DNA of 64,000 nucleotides from Squalus acanthias. Its lineage: Eukaryota. The number at the start of each line of letters is the position of its first letter. Positions within the stretch are counted from its first letter, which is position 1. The stretch spans positions 150,972,001-151,036,000 of the forward strand of contig CM059432.1 in the NCBI GenBank assembly GCA_030390025.1. Direction: 5' to 3'. The translations under genes were made by a program, and so were the position numbers. The notes below the pieces were generated by a model, which searched no databases, was not told the origin of the DNA, and worked only from the letters and a program-made list of their open reading frames with translations. Below, in pieces: positions 12,521 through 26,356 of the stretch.

Positions 12521-14659
12521 GCTTGACTTTGAGATGAGCCGTGAGTCTGTCCTTTTCTGGAATGTTGTACTGTTTAAAACATGAAGGAATGCTGAAGGAA
12601 ATGATAATCAATTCCAAAGATATTCTTTTGCTGTTTGCAAATAGCATAATTGCCTCATTTTGTCCATATTGACACAAATTATTTGCAGTGGTTGTTATCC
12701 TTGAAGCCAGTGAGAATTAAACAGCAGATTCTAAACCCGGTTTAAAATAGCTCTGCCTCTGAAGTCATTGGCAGCCTGACTCATCGTGTTTGAACTTTGT
12801 TGTCACTGAGTCATTAACTGGAAATAACAGGTGTGCAACTACATTCAGCACTGCAGCAGCTTACAGGCTGTCCCAGGACTGAAATGTGCTGATGGGGGAA
12901 ACATAGGTGAAGAAAGAAGGGAGCTGGACAACTCCAATATTTAGAACATTACAGCTATCAAATTGGAAGTGGATTTGTAGAGACAGTCCCTCAAATATAC
13001 AAACATCACCAAGGCCAGAGTCTGTGTGGAATCGCGAGGGAGAATGTGGGCAGTGAGGCCTACAGTTACCTCACTGTCCCGACTGGGATTATCCTCCCCC
13101 TGCCTTAGCCAAAACTGCCACTGGCCACTCCTTACCCGCCCACCGCATGCAAATAGTGGCAGGGCCTGGGGCCTGGGGCCCAGGACTATGGAGGATTTCC
13201 CTTCTGTCTGCCCCAGTTCTCAGGGTAGCCACATAGAAGGTGGTAATAAGCCCAGAAAAACAGCGGCAACACATCTATCCTCCCCCAATGGCAGGGCGAG
13301 AGTCTTGTAGCGATCTCCTCTTTCTCAAATCTGGCCCTCACTGACTGCAGCTCTATCTGTCGCCAGGGCACTTCTGCCGTTTTTAACTCTGCTCCTACCT
13401 CTTCGGGTGCTGCCCCCAACATTTCCCGCTGCCCACTGGCGGGACTCCTCTGGATGCCGGGAATCCTACCGGGAGCCCGCCATGCATATTCAATGAGCCC
13501 CAACCGAGCAAAATGGGTCAGGGTTGGGGATCAGAATCGGAGGGGTGGCTGGAAGTCCCGCACCATCGGAATTCCGCTTGGAAGAGGAGAATCTCGGCCC
13601 ATCAGTGTTCCTTTCCTCCACGTACTGACTTGTGACTTACATCTTTTGACCACCTTGTTTTTGGTTTGCAGCGTTCAAACATGTCTAAGCGTCCTCGATC
13701 TTAAACAATAAAATCAACTGCTCTAAATATGTAGAAAAAAATCATCTGAGGATTACTGTTTACTCTTGGTAAATTAAACATTCCATTTTTTCCGGCACAT
13801 TCTGTAATAATAATATGCTTTACTTGACAAGGATGCGCAGCTGAGAAATTACATGTTGTTTTCAGAATGCATTATACTGGGTCGGGATTGACAAGATGTC
13901 CACGAAGCACAAAATTAACTTTTCATATTCCTTTATTATTAAGCGATGAAGGATAAATAGCACGTCATCAATAGCCTCACAATGCCAGAGAAAGGGTACA
14001 TTCTAAAAGCACAGCATGTGCCTGTTACTGGAGCCCTGGACTGACACTCTACTGCACAATCAAAGGCCTGTTTCTACCACTTGTCTGTCAATGTACTGAT
14101 CACAGGACTGTGCTTGGAGAGGGGGTTACAACCAGTCAATTGCATTTGATATTTTTGACACATTTGTCAACCTGTTGTAATGAATTTGGCAGCAGGAAGG
14201 TACCTTAACGTTATCACAAACGGAAAGAAAAACACTGCATCACAGCAATAAACTCTTCGCAACCGGGAACTGGGTTCAAGCAATGAACTCTCAATCCGTT
14301 TCCCTTCCCTCAATTACAGTTCTACTTTGTATTATATTTCTTCCCACCACCATATTAGAATCTTGCATGAGTGCTCTTCGTTGAGAGAGCAGGATGGTCT
14401 AGCCAACTGACATCTCCATGGACCCTGTCAGTGATGCTCACTGGAACCCAGCTTTAATCCTCCAGTGGGTAGGGACACCCTTCCCTCTTCTCTCACTCAT
14501 TACACCCCTCTCCTCTAGAGGCGATGCTGTTAAAGTCTCATTAGGAATATGAGTCCAGACTGGATATTAAGCTTCAGTTGCCTACTGCACAGCATAATTC
14601 CACAGCATTTCTAGCTGCCCGGCCAGCCAACGACTGTGCTATGCTTCCCCAAACAACTC

Positions 14660-15010
14660 AGTGATACTAAGCCATATACTACACAAAGGTGTCAGGCTTG
14701 ATCCCTGGTCTGAGCGGAGTTAGGTGATCTTAGCCAGGGCTGCTAAAGTTGGCTTCTGTGTCCCAGAGTTGGGAAAGAGAAAAGCCAATGCCCACACTGC
14801 TAATTCATATCCAACGATTGTTGCCGGAAGGTGCATGTGGGTGATGACAGAATTGGGTTCGGGTGTGATGCTGCCCATGATGGACCAGCCCGCCAACACT
14901 CAATAGATCTTTTGCATGTAGAATGGCCACTTGGGCATGGTATTGGAGGGAATGCTGGTGCCCTCATGATGAAGCATCAAGCACTACTGAGCGTGAAGAC
15001 CCAGGAATGG
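14660..15010 (+). mobile_element. Old SINE-like repeat (related copy at ~3610-3750)
   Basis: AGGCTTGATCCCTGGTCTGAGCGGAGTTAGGTGATCTTAG resembles AGGATCAAGCCCTGGCCTAGGCTGAACTCACTGATCTCAG at ~3658. Confidence 0.4.
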
Positions 15011-15336
15011 AAGAGAGGGACAGTGCTGTCTCTGTAAGGTGGCTGGAGAAATCACCTTCCTCAGCTGAGGAACCTTCTGATCTATAGGGCCCAGTCTTCA
15101 AAATAACTATAATTGAGGAGCACTAATCTCAGGTGCAGGCAGTGGAGACAATTTCCATGTATATGGTTGAGATGATGGAGAAGTGGGAGGAAGCTACTAC
15201 ACGCAACTGCAACACATTGCGAGCAGTTTCTCATGACCTGTAGAACACCCAGGGAGAGTGACAGTCTAGGAGATTTAAGTGGCAACAAGGTGTCAGGATC
15301 TAAGGTTATTCGTGGCTTCCAGAGTGGCAGCTACTT

Positions 15337-15470
15337 ATAGAATGATAGAATAGTACAGCACAGAAGGAGGCCATTTGGCCCATCGAGTCTGTGTCGGCTC
15401 TTTCGAAGAGTAATCCAGTTAGTCCCACCCCTTCCCACACTCTTTCCCCATATCCTTGCAATTTTTTGTA
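15337..15470 (-). mobile_element. CR1 3' UTR fragment
   Basis: Reverse complement of the 8540-8660 type 3' end. Confidence 0.75.
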
Positions 15471-16002
15471 GTTCGCCTACTTTACCCCTATAATGTGCTT
15501 TTAACTGCAGTTTCAGACTGCCCAAGCATTTTTTTTCCACTTCCCAGATCATTCTTTTTAAAGTACATTTCTGCACAGTTTTGTGGATCCACGTCTACTG
15601 CACGACACTGTCCAATTTAATTGATCCAATCTCCCAGAACAGCTGCTCGCAAAATGAACTGCAATCGGAAGGTCAGGAAATATTCTTACCCTATCTTCGA
15701 CCCATGCTCCCTTTGAACAAGGCTCCCTGCTGGAAGCATGGGATTGGTGTACTTGCCTATTACAGCCTGCAGAGAAAGGAGATTTTCACCCGCATCGCTC
15801 TGGGTTTGATTCAACTTCATGTTCCAGAAGTCAAAGTTCATTATAGTAGCCCACACAGTCTATTCACCAAAGAATAATGAAAATGCTTCAATTATAAGCC
15901 AAATTCTCTGGAAAATGATATGCTGCAGGCCAAGGGAAAGGGAAATAGCATGAATGAAGCCCAATAGAAAGAAAGAAAAGGAAGTATTTGCATTTATACA
16001 GT

Positions 16003-16848
16003 GGGCGCGATCTTGCCAGCCCCGGGGAGGCGGGTTTGGAGGCGGGACTGCCGGGAAAATGGCAGAATCTGGGGGCAGGTGCCCATCCCGCCCCCAACCC
16101 GCCTCCGTGCCATCTTCCCAGGAGGCGGGTAGCCGTCCTGCGCCGGGTCCCGTCTCCTTGGAGGCGGGAAGGGGATTACAGCCACTTAACTACCTGTTAA
16201 CAGGTAGTTAACAGACAGATAAGAGGATTATCCCCATTTTACCCACACAAGTGCGGGCTTCCCGAAGGCTGCGAACCCCGCCAGGGTCACCGAGGCGAGC
16301 AGTGGGTCTGTGGGGGTCGGAGGGGTGCAAAAGTGCGCTGTGAAGGTAAGTGATGGGTGCAAGTGTGGAGAGGTAAGTATGTGAGGTGAGTGGAAAGTGT
16401 TAGTAAAAGTTTACTTACCTTTGTTTCTTCCTGCAGGCTTCAGTCGGTGTGTATGCGGAGAGTCTCGCACCTCCGCGGTAGAGATGACAGATGGCCGCTG
16501 CATTCTTCAATGCAACAACCATCTAATTTCTGCAAAAGAAAGAGGTTTGATGAGGTCTTGAATTCAAGAACTCATCAAACTACAGAGAATGTCAGTGTTT
16601 GACAGCTTCACAGAGCTGTCAAACGATGACAATACATCTGTCAAAAATTTTTGACAGATGAAACGTCATAGGCTGACGTTCTCTGTAACCGGCTTTCCCT
16701 TAATTGGCCTGCTAAGCCCACTGGGCGGGCTTAACAAGGTCAATCAAGGGAAAATAGCGTGGGTTGGCCACAAGTTGATGGAGGCGGGACTGAAACCCGA
16801 CAAGTGGGAGTCCCGCCTCCAAAAGCTCCCCATTGGCAAAATCGTGTC
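16003..16848. mobile_element. Harbinger-type MITE (family 2) inserted in a Deu-SINE tail
   Basis: Colinear with 37257-38091; SINE tail TTGCATTTATACAGTG continues after it as CTTTCATGACCTCAG. Confidence 0.8.
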
Positions 16849-17140
16849 TTTCATGACCTCAGTACATCCTACAGTGCTTCACAACCAATGAAGTATTTTT
16901 GAAGTGAATGCAATATTGTTCTGTAGGGTAACACGCTATTCAATTTGTACACAAGTCCCACAAACAGCAACAAGTTAAATGACAAGATAATCTGTTTTTG
17001 GTGGTTATGGGGTAAATGTTGGCCAGAGACCCTGGAAAACTCCCCTGCTCTTCTTCGAATAGTGCCTAGGGGTCTGTTACGACCACCTGAGGAGGCAGAC
17101 GGGGCCTCGGTTTAACATCTCATCCAAAAGCCGCCACCTC
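16849..17140 (-). mobile_element. Deu-SINE, reverse
   Basis: CTCCCCTGCTCTTCTTCGAATAGTGCC...GGGGCCTCGGTTTAACATCTCATCC. Confidence 0.75.
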
Positions 17141-17159
17141 AGTTTATGTCAAAAACCAG

Positions 17160-20100
17160 TTTGTGCTGAAGATTTGTGCTCCAAAACTAGCCACGCCTCT
17201 AGCCAAGCTGTTCCAGTACAGCTACAACACTGGCATCTATCTGACAATGTGGAAAACTGCCCAGGTATGTCCTGTCCACAAAAAGCAGGACAAATCCAAC
17301 CCGGCCAATTACTGCCACATCAGCCTACTCTCAATCACCAGCATAGTGATGGAAGGTGTCATCGACAGTGCTATGAAGCGACACTCACCAATAACCTGTT
17401 CACTGGTGCTCAGTTTAGGTTCTGCCAGGACCACTCAGCTCCAGACCTCACTACAGCCGTGGTCCAAACATGGACAAAAGAGCTCAATTTCAGAGGTAAG
17501 GTGACATCAAAGCAACATTTGACCGAATGTGGCACCAAGGAACCTTAGTAAAATTGAAGTAAATGGGAATCAAGGGGAAAATCTCCACTGGCTGGAATCA
17601 AACCTAGCATAAAACAAGATGGTTGTGGTGATTGAAGGTCAATCATCTCAGCCGCAGTACATCACTGCAGGAGTTCCTCAGGGCAGTGTCCTAGGCCCAA
17701 CCACCTTCAGCTGCTTCATCAATGACCTTCCCTCCATCATAATGTCAGAAGTGGGGTTGTTCGCTGATGATTGCACAGTGTTCAGTTCAATTCGCAACTC
17801 TTCAGATAATGAAGCAGTCCATGCCCGCATGTAGCAAGACTTGAACAACATCCAGGCTTGGGCTAATAAGTGGCAAGTAACATTTGCGCCACACAAGTGC
17901 CAGACAATGACCATCTCCAACAAGAGACTATCTAACTACCTCCCATTGACATTTAATGGCATTACCCTCGCCAAATCCCCCATCATCAACATATTGGGGT
18001 CATCACTGACCAGAAACTTAACTGGACCAGCCACATAAATTCCATGGCTACAATATCAGGTCAGAGGCTGGGTATTCTGCGGCGAGTGTCTCACCTCCTG
18101 ACTCCCCAAAGCCTTTCCACCACCTACAAGGCACAAGTCAGGAGTGTGATGGAATACTCTCCACTTGCCTGGATAAGTGCGGCTCCAGCAACACTCAAGA
18201 AACTCGACACCATCCAGGACAAAGCGATTTGCTTGATCAGCACCCCATCCACCACCTTAAACATTCACTCCCTCCACCACCGGCGCACCGTGGCTGCAGT
18301 GTGTACCATCTACAAGATGCACTGCAGCAACTCGCCAAGGCTTCTTACATAAGAACATAAGACGTAGGAGCAGGAGTCGGTCATTCGGCCCCTCGAGCCT
18401 GCTCCGCCATTCAATAAGATCATGGCTGATCTGATCTTGGCCTCAACTCCAGTTCCCTGCCCATTCCCCATAACCCTTGACTCCCTTACCTTTCAAAAAT
18501 CTGTCTATCTCCACCTTAAATATATTCAATGACCCAGCCTCCACAGCTCTCTGGGGAAGAGAATTCCAAAGATTCACGACCCTCTGAGAGAAGAAATTCC
18601 TCCTTATTTCCGATTTAAAAGGGTTTCCCCTTATTCTGAAATTATGCCCCCTAGTTCTAGATTCCCCCACGAGGGGAAACATCCTCTCTGCATCTACCCT
18701 GTCAAGCCCCTTCAGAATCTTATATGTTTCAATAAGATCCCCTCTCATTCTTCTAAACTCCAATGAGTATAGGCCCAACCTGCTCAACCTTTCTTCATAA
18801 GACAACCCTTTCATCTCCGGAAGCAACCTCGTGAACCTTCTCTGAACTTCCTTCAATGTAAGTATATCCTTCCTTAAATAAGGAGACCAAAACTGTACAC
18901 AGTACTCCAGATGTGGTCTCACCAACGCCCTGTACAGTTGTAACAGGACTTCCCTACTTTTATACTCCATTCCCTTTGCAATAAAGGCCAACACTCCATT
19001 TGCCTTCCTAATTACTTGCTGTATCTGCATGCTAACTTTTTGTGATTCATGTACAAGGACCCCAGATCGCTTTGTACCTCAGCATTTTATAATCTCTCCC
19101 CATTTAAATAATAATTTGCTTTTTTATTTTTCCTATCAAAGTAAATAACCTCGCATTTTCCCACATTAAACTCCATCTGCCAGATTTTTGCCCACTCACT
19201 TAGCCTATCTATATCCCTTTGGAGATTCTTTGTGTCCTCCACACAATTTGTTTTCCCACCTATCTTTGCATCATCAGCAAATTTGGCTACATTACAATCA
19301 GGCCCTTCATCCAAGTCATTAATATAGATTGTAAATAGTTGAGGCCCCAGCACCGATCCCTGCGGCACCCCACTAGTTACAGTTTGCCAACCTGAAAATG
19401 ACCCATTGATCCCGACTCTCTGTTTCCTGTTAGTTAGCCAATCCTCTATCCATGCTAATATATTACCCCCAACCCCGTGAGCTCTTATCTTGTGTAGTAA
19501 ACTTTTATGTGCCACCTTATCGAATGTCTTCTGGAAATCCAAATACATGACATCTACTGGTTCCCCTTTATCCACCCTGCTCGTTACATCCTCAAAGAAC
19601 TCCAGCAAATTTGTCAAACATGATTTCCCTCTCATAAAACCATGCTGACTCTGCTTGACTATATTATGATTTTCTAAATGTCCTGCTACCATTTCCTTAA
19701 TAATGGATTCCAGCATTTTCCCAATGACAGATGTTAGGCTAACTGGTCTATAGTTTCCTGTTTTCTGTCTCCCTCCTTTCTTAAATAGGGACGTTACATT
19801 TGCGGTTTTCCAGTCCGCTGGGACTTCTCCAGAATCCAGGGAATTTTGGTAGATTACAACCAATGCATCCACTATCTCTGCAGTCACCTCTTTCAAGACC
19901 CTAGGATGCAGGCCATCGGGTCCAGGGGACTTGTCCACCTTTAGTCCCATTAGTTTGCCTAGTACTTTTTCTCTAGTGATAGTGATTGTTTTAAGTTCCC
20001 CCGCCCCACCCCAATAGCCCCTTGATTATCCATTATTGGGATGCTTTTAGTGTCTTCTACCATGAAGACTGATACAAAATATTTGTTCAAAGCCTCTGCC

Positions 20101-20945
20101 ATTTCTCAGTTTCCCATTATTAATTCCCCAGTCTCATCCTCTAGGGGACCAATGTTTACTTTAGCTACTCTCTTCCTTTTTATATACCTGTAGAAGCTCT
20201 TACTGTCTGTTTTTATATTTCTTGCTAGCTTACTCTCATAAGCTATCTTCTCTCGCTATCATTTTTTGTCGTCCTTTGCTGGTTTTTAAAAATTTCCCAA
20301 TCCTCTGGCCTACCACTATTCTTCGCAACATTGTATGCCTTTGTTTTCAATTTGATACCATCCTTTACTTCCTTAGTTAGCCACGGATGGTTCATCCTTC
20401 TCTTAGAGTCTTTCTTTCTCACTGGAATATATCTTTGCTGAGAGTTATGAAATATCTCCTTAAATGTTTGCCACTGCTTTTCTACAGTCTTAACCTGTAA
20501 TATATTTTCCCAGTCCACTTTAACCAAGTCTGCCTTCATACCTTTATAATTACCTTTATTTAGGTTCAGGACACTAGTTTGAGACTTAACTTTCTCACCC
20601 TCAAACTGAATTTGAAATTCTTCGACAGCACCTCCCAAACCCGCGACCTCTACCACCTAGAAGGGCAAGGACAGCAGATGCATGGGAACACCATCATCTT
20701 TAAGTTCCCCTCCAAGTTACTCACCATCCTGACTTGGAAATATATCGCCGTTCCTTCATCGTCGCTGGGTCAAAATCCTGGAACTCCCTCCCTAACAGCA
20801 ATGTGGGAGTACCTTCGTCACACGGACTGCAGCGGTTCAAGATGGCGGCTCACCGCCACCTTCTCAAGGGCAATTAGGAATAGGCAATAAATGCCGGCCT
20901 TGTCAGCAATGCCCACATCCCGTGAATGAATAAATAAAAAAAAAC
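17160..20945 (+). mobile_element. LINE RT of a second CR1/L2-group family, split by a nested CR1
   Basis: VHKKQDKSNPANY, GVPQGSVLGP, FADD; 17160-18346 resumes at 20618 (as in the uninterrupted copy at 48980-49402) and ends in GAATGAATAAATAAAAAAAA. Confidence 0.85.
18347..20617 (-). mobile_element. CR1 LINE nested in the above LINE
   Basis: ORFs 18443-19030, 19087-19950, 20243-20656; TTCTT on both flanks. Confidence 0.93.
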
Positions 20946-21099
20946 ACCAGCAGAATGCGAAGAATTTGGTCTCACAATAATGGTACAACAATGGTCTAGG
21001 CACAGTAATAAGGATAAATACAATACAAGTACATTTAATTGCGATTTAATCTTTCTTGGGCTGTGAGAATAATTAATTTTAGACAGGAAGGGACTAGTG

Positions 21100-21700
21100 A
21101 TAAGAATATAAGAACATAAGAACTAGGAGCAGGAGTGGGCCATTTGGCCCCTCGAGCCTGCTCCGCCATTCAATAAGATCAATGCTGATCTGATCTTGGC
21201 CTCAGCTCCACTTTCCCGCCCGCTCCCCATAACCCTTGATTCCCCTGATTTTCAAAAATCTGTCCATCTCCGCCTTGAATATATTCAGTGACTCAGCCTC
21301 CACAGCTCTCTGGGGTAGAGAATTCCAAAGATTCACGACCCTCTGAGAGAAGAAATTCCTTCTCATCTCCGTTTTAAATGGGCGACCCCTTATTCTGAAA
21401 CTATGTCCCCTAGTTCTAGATTCCACCACGAGGGGAAACATCCTCTCTGCATCTACCCTGTCGAGCCCCTTCAGAATCTTATATGTTTCAATAAGATCCC
21501 CTCTCATTCTTCTAAACTCCAATGAGTATAGGCCCAACCTGCTCAACCTTTCTTCATAAGACAACCCCTTCATCTCTGGAATCAACCTCGTGAACCTTCT
21601 CTGAACTGCCTCCAGTGCAAGTATATCCCTCCTTAAATAAGGAGACCAAAACTGTACGCAGTACTCCAGGTGTGGTCTCACCAACGCCCTGTACAGTTGT
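21100..21700 (-). mobile_element. CR1 3' fragment
   Basis: ORF 21202-21684 VRPHLEYCVQFWSP; tail. Confidence 0.92.
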
Positions 21701-21829
21701 AGAATGATTGGCCCTGCAGTGAAACAATGTCACGCGCAAGTATTATCCTATAAAAATTCAGGTTATTATATTGCAGGGCTATCTCAAAGCTTTTAACATT
21801 CAACAAATTACTTGAGAAGTGTAATTAAT

Positions 21830-22079
21830 TTGCACACTTCAAGGTCCTGCAAACAGCAAATGAGATAAGTGACTAGTGAACCCATTTTTGGTGCTGTTGG
21901 TTGAGGGACAAATGTTGGCCAGGACACCAGGGGAACATCCTGCTCCTCTTTGAGTAATGCCGTGGACCTTGTACGTCCACCTTCACAGGCAAACAGGGCC
22001 TCGGTTTAACGTCTCATCTGAAAGACGGCACCTCTGACAGTGCCTTACTCCCTCAGTACTGCATTGAAGTGTCAGCCAA
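21830..22079 (-). mobile_element. Deu-SINE, reverse
   Basis: GGGCCTCGGTTTAACGTCTCATCTGAAAGACGGCACCTC. Confidence 0.75.
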
Positions 22080-22577
22080 GGCAGTTCAGAGACGATTCAC
22101 TAGGTTAATCCCAGAGATGAGGGGTTTGACTTATGAGGAAAGGTTGAGCAGGCTGGGCCTATAGCCATTGGAATTTAGAAGAATGAGAGGTGATCTTATC
22201 GAAACATATAAGATACTGAGGGGGCTCGACAGGGTAGATGCAGAGAGGATGTTTCCCCTCATGGGGAAATCTAGAACTCGGGGGCACAGTCTCAGAATAA
22301 AGGGTCGCCCTTTTAGAACTGAGATGAGGAGGAACTTCTTCTCTCAGAGGGTCGTAAATCTGTGGAATTCTCTGCCGCAGAGAGCTGTGGAGGCTGGGCC
22401 ATTAAATACATTTAAGGTGGAGTTAGACAGATTTTTGCAAGATAAGGGAGTGAAGGGTTATGGGGAGCGGGCTGGGAAGTGGCTTTGAGCCCAAGATCAG
22501 CCATGATCTTATTGAATGGTGGAGCAGGCTCGAGGGGCCTAGTGGCCTATTCCTGCTCCTATTTCTTATGTTCTTAT
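22080..22577 (+). mobile_element. CR1 3' fragment
   Basis: ORF 22168-22488; TTCTTATG tail. Confidence 0.9.
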
Positions 22578-23107
22578 CATGTGCTCAAGTCCTGAAGTTG
22601 GATTATTGGAGCAGAGTGGTGTTGAGAATTTTCTTCCATCAGCATTTAATCATAGTTGAAATATTACTTTGGCTGGCACTTACTGACACAAGAAACATTT
22701 AAAAATACCCTTATGCATCTGTGGACTGTATTCCGGGAGGTTGATGCAACATCCTAAGCAGACAATCTAAAGTCATGGTTCCTGGACCAGAAATTGCTCT
22801 CATGCAGAAGGGTTGACACAATTGATTCATAAGCATAAAAATTTGCACATGACCTCACAGTATCACAGAATGTTCCAGCACCGAAACAAGCTATTCAGTC
22901 CATCAAGTCAGATAACTTGTCTCATCACACTCTCTTACTCGCTCCTAATACCCTTTAATATTCCTCTTTCATAAGCAACCGTCTCGTTCCTTTATGGACT
23001 CTGACAGAAAATTGCAAGTAATTGCAAATTACCTCAAAGGTAATAATCTCTGGATTGTTACCTGAGCCACGTGCAAATTGGCATAGGGACAAACAGAATA
23101 GAGGTTT

Positions 23108-24724
23108 ACATAAGAACATAAGAACATAAGAAAAAGGAGCAGGAGTAGGCCAATCGGCCCCTCGAGCCTGCTCCGCCATTCAATAAGATCATGGCTGATC
23201 TGATCCTAACCTCAAATCTAAAGAACACAAGAAGTAGGAGCAGGATCCGGCCACTCAGCCCCTGGGCCCGCTCCGCCACCCACAGGGCCTTGACCGATCC
23301 GAACTCAGCCTCATGTCCAATTTCCTGCCCGCTCACCGTAACCCCTAATTCCCTTTACTTCTAGGAAACTATCTATTTCTGTTTTAAATTTATTTAATGA
23401 TGCAGCTTCCACAGCTTCCTGGGGCAGCAAATTCCACAGACCTACTACCCTCTGAGTGAAGAAGTTTCTCCTCATCTCAGTTTTGAAAGAGCAGCCCCTT
23501 ATTCTAAGATTATGCCCCCTAGTTCTAGTTTCACCCATCCTTGGGAACATCCTTACCACATCCACCCGATCAAGCCCCTTCACAATCTTATATGTTTCAA
23601 TAAGATCGCCTCTCATTCTTCTGAACTCCAATGAGTAGAGTCCCAATCTACTCAACCTCTCCTGATATGTCCACCCCCTCATCCCCGGGATTAACCGAGT
23701 GAACCTTCTTTGTACTGCCTCGAGAGCAAGTATGTCTTTTCTTAAGTATGGACACCAAAACTGTGTGCAGTATTCCAGGTGCGGTCTCACCAATACCTTA
23801 TATAACTGCAGCAATACCTCCCTGTTTTTATTATCTATCCCCCTAGCAATAAAAGCCAACATTCCGTTGGCCTTCTTGATCACCTGCTGCACCTGCATAA
23901 TAACTTTTTGATTTTCTTGCACTAGGACCCCAGATCCCTTTGTACTGCAGTACTTTCCAGTTTCTCGCCATTAAGATAATAACTTGCTCTCTGATTTTTC
24001 CTGCCAAAGTGCATAACCTCACATTTTCCAATATTGTATTGCATCTGCCAAATCTCCGCCCACTCACCCAGCCTGTCTATATCCCCTTGTAGGTTTTTTA
24101 TGTCCTCCTCACTTTCTACTTTCCCTCCCATCTTTGTATCATCTGCAAACTTTGATATGTTACACTCGGACCCCTCCTCCAAATCATTAATATAGATTGT
24201 AAAGAGTTGGGGACCCAGCACCGACCCCTGCGGAACACCACTGGCTAGTGGTTGCCAATCCGAGAATGAACCATTTATCCCAACTCTCTGCTTCCTGTTA
24301 GATAACCAATCCTCCACCCATGCCAGAATATTACCCCCAATCCAGTGATTTTTTATCTTGAGCAATAATCTTTTATGTGGCACCTTGTCGAATGCCTTCT
24401 GGAAGTCTAAATACACTACGTCCACTGGTTCCCCTTTATCCACCCTGTACGTTATGTCCTCAAAGAACTCAAGCAAATTTGTCAGACAGATCTTAGGCTA
24501 ACTGGTCTATAATTTCCAGCCTTCTGCCTACTACCCTTTTTAAATAAGGGTGTTACATTAGCAGATTTCCAATCTGCCGGGACCTTTGCTGAGTCCAGGG
24601 AATTTTGGAAAATTATTACCAAAGCATCCACAATCCCTACTGCCACTTCCCTCAAGACCCTAGGATGTAAGCCATCAGGTCCAGGGGATTTATCCGCCTT
24701 GAGTCCCATTATTTTACTGAGTAC
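23108..24724 (-). mobile_element. CR1 RT fragment with tandemly doubled 3' UTR and an internal deletion
   Basis: ORFs 23311-23922, 23922-24476; two successive 3' UTRs at 23108-23220 and 23221-23310. Confidence 0.9.
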
Positions 24725-26356
24725 CATGTGTGGCTCAAAGAGTGGTGTGGGAGGAAGGGGTTTCAGTTCATGGGGCACTGGCACCAGTACTGGGGAAAGA
24801 GGGAAAGAGGGAGCTGTTCCGTTGGGATGGGCTCCACTTAAACCAGGCTGGGACCAGTGTCCTGGCGAACTGAATAAGTAGGGCAGTAGACAGGGCTTTA
24901 AACTAATGAAGGGGGGGTGGGAGGTTTCAGGAAAGAGTAAATTTAAAAGCAGCGAGAGAAATGTCAAGGCTCCAGAGCACAGTAGAGATTTGGGTAAAAA
25001 TAAGCAGAGTGGGTCAGGGAGGACAGAGAGAGCAACAAAGGTAATAAGGCATCAGTGACTAAGTTGACATCAGGGAAAAATAGAAATAAGTCAAAGCTAA
25101 AGGCATTATATCTGAATGCGCAAAGCATTCGCACCAAAATAGATGAATTAATAGCGCAGATAGAAATGAACAGGTTTGATCTAATAGCCATTACGGAGAC
25201 GTGGTTGCAAAGTGGCCAAGGTTGGGAGCTAAATATTCCAGGATACATAACTTTTGGAAGAGATAGGCAAAATGGAAAAGGAGGAGGGGTAGCCCTGATA
25301 ATAAAGGATGGGATAAAGACAGTAGAGAGAAAGGATCTTAGCTCCGAAAATCAAGAAGTAGAATCAGTTTGGGTGGAGCTAAGAAACAGCAAGGGGCAGA
25401 AAACATTGGTGGGAGTTGTTTATAGGCCCCCAAACAGTAGTTGTAATGTAGAGCAGAGTATAAATCAGGAAATTAGAGGTGCATGTAACAAGGGTAATAC
25501 AGTAATCATGGGGGACTTTAATCTACATATAGACTGGGCAAACCAAATTTGCAGTAAGTGTGGAGGATAAATTCATGGAATGTATGCAAGATAGTTTTCT
25601 AGATCAGTATGTTGAGGAACCAACTAGGGAACAGGTTATTTTAGATCTAGTATTGTGCAATGAGAAAGGGTCAATTAATAACCCTTGTAGTAAAGGGGCC
25701 TTTAGGGAAGAGTGAGCATAATATGATAGAACTTTATATTGAGTTTGAAAGTGACTTAGTTAAATCCGAAACTAGGTTCTTAAATCTAAACAAAGCAAAG
25801 TACGTAGGTATGAGGGGCGAGTTGGCTAAGGTAGATTGGGAAACTACATTAAAAGGTATGATGGTAGAGAAGCAATGGCTAGCATTAAAAAAATTAATAC
25901 ATAATTTACAACAAATAAACATTCCTTTAAGGCACAAAAACCCCACAGGAAAAGTGGTTCAACTGTGGCTAACAAGAGGAGTTAAAGATAGTATTAGATC
26001 AAAGGAAGAGGCTTATAATGTTGGCAAAAAGAGTAGTAAGCCTGAAGATTGGGAGGATTTTAGAATTCGGCAAAGGAGGACCAAGAAATTGATAGAGGGA
26101 AAATAGAATACGAGAGTAAAATAGCAAGAGACATAGAAACAGACTGTAAAAACTTCTATAGGTATGTAAAAAGGAAAAGATTAACGAAAGTAAATGTGCG
26201 TCCCTTACAGGCTGAGACAGGAGAAATTATAATGGGGAATAAGGAAATGGCAGGGAAATTAAACAAATACTTTGGGCTTGATTTTAATTCCTGAGGTGGG
26301 TTGGAGTCGGGTTGCGTGGTGGGCGGGTTCAGGAGCTGCTTCCGGTGGGATCAGCT

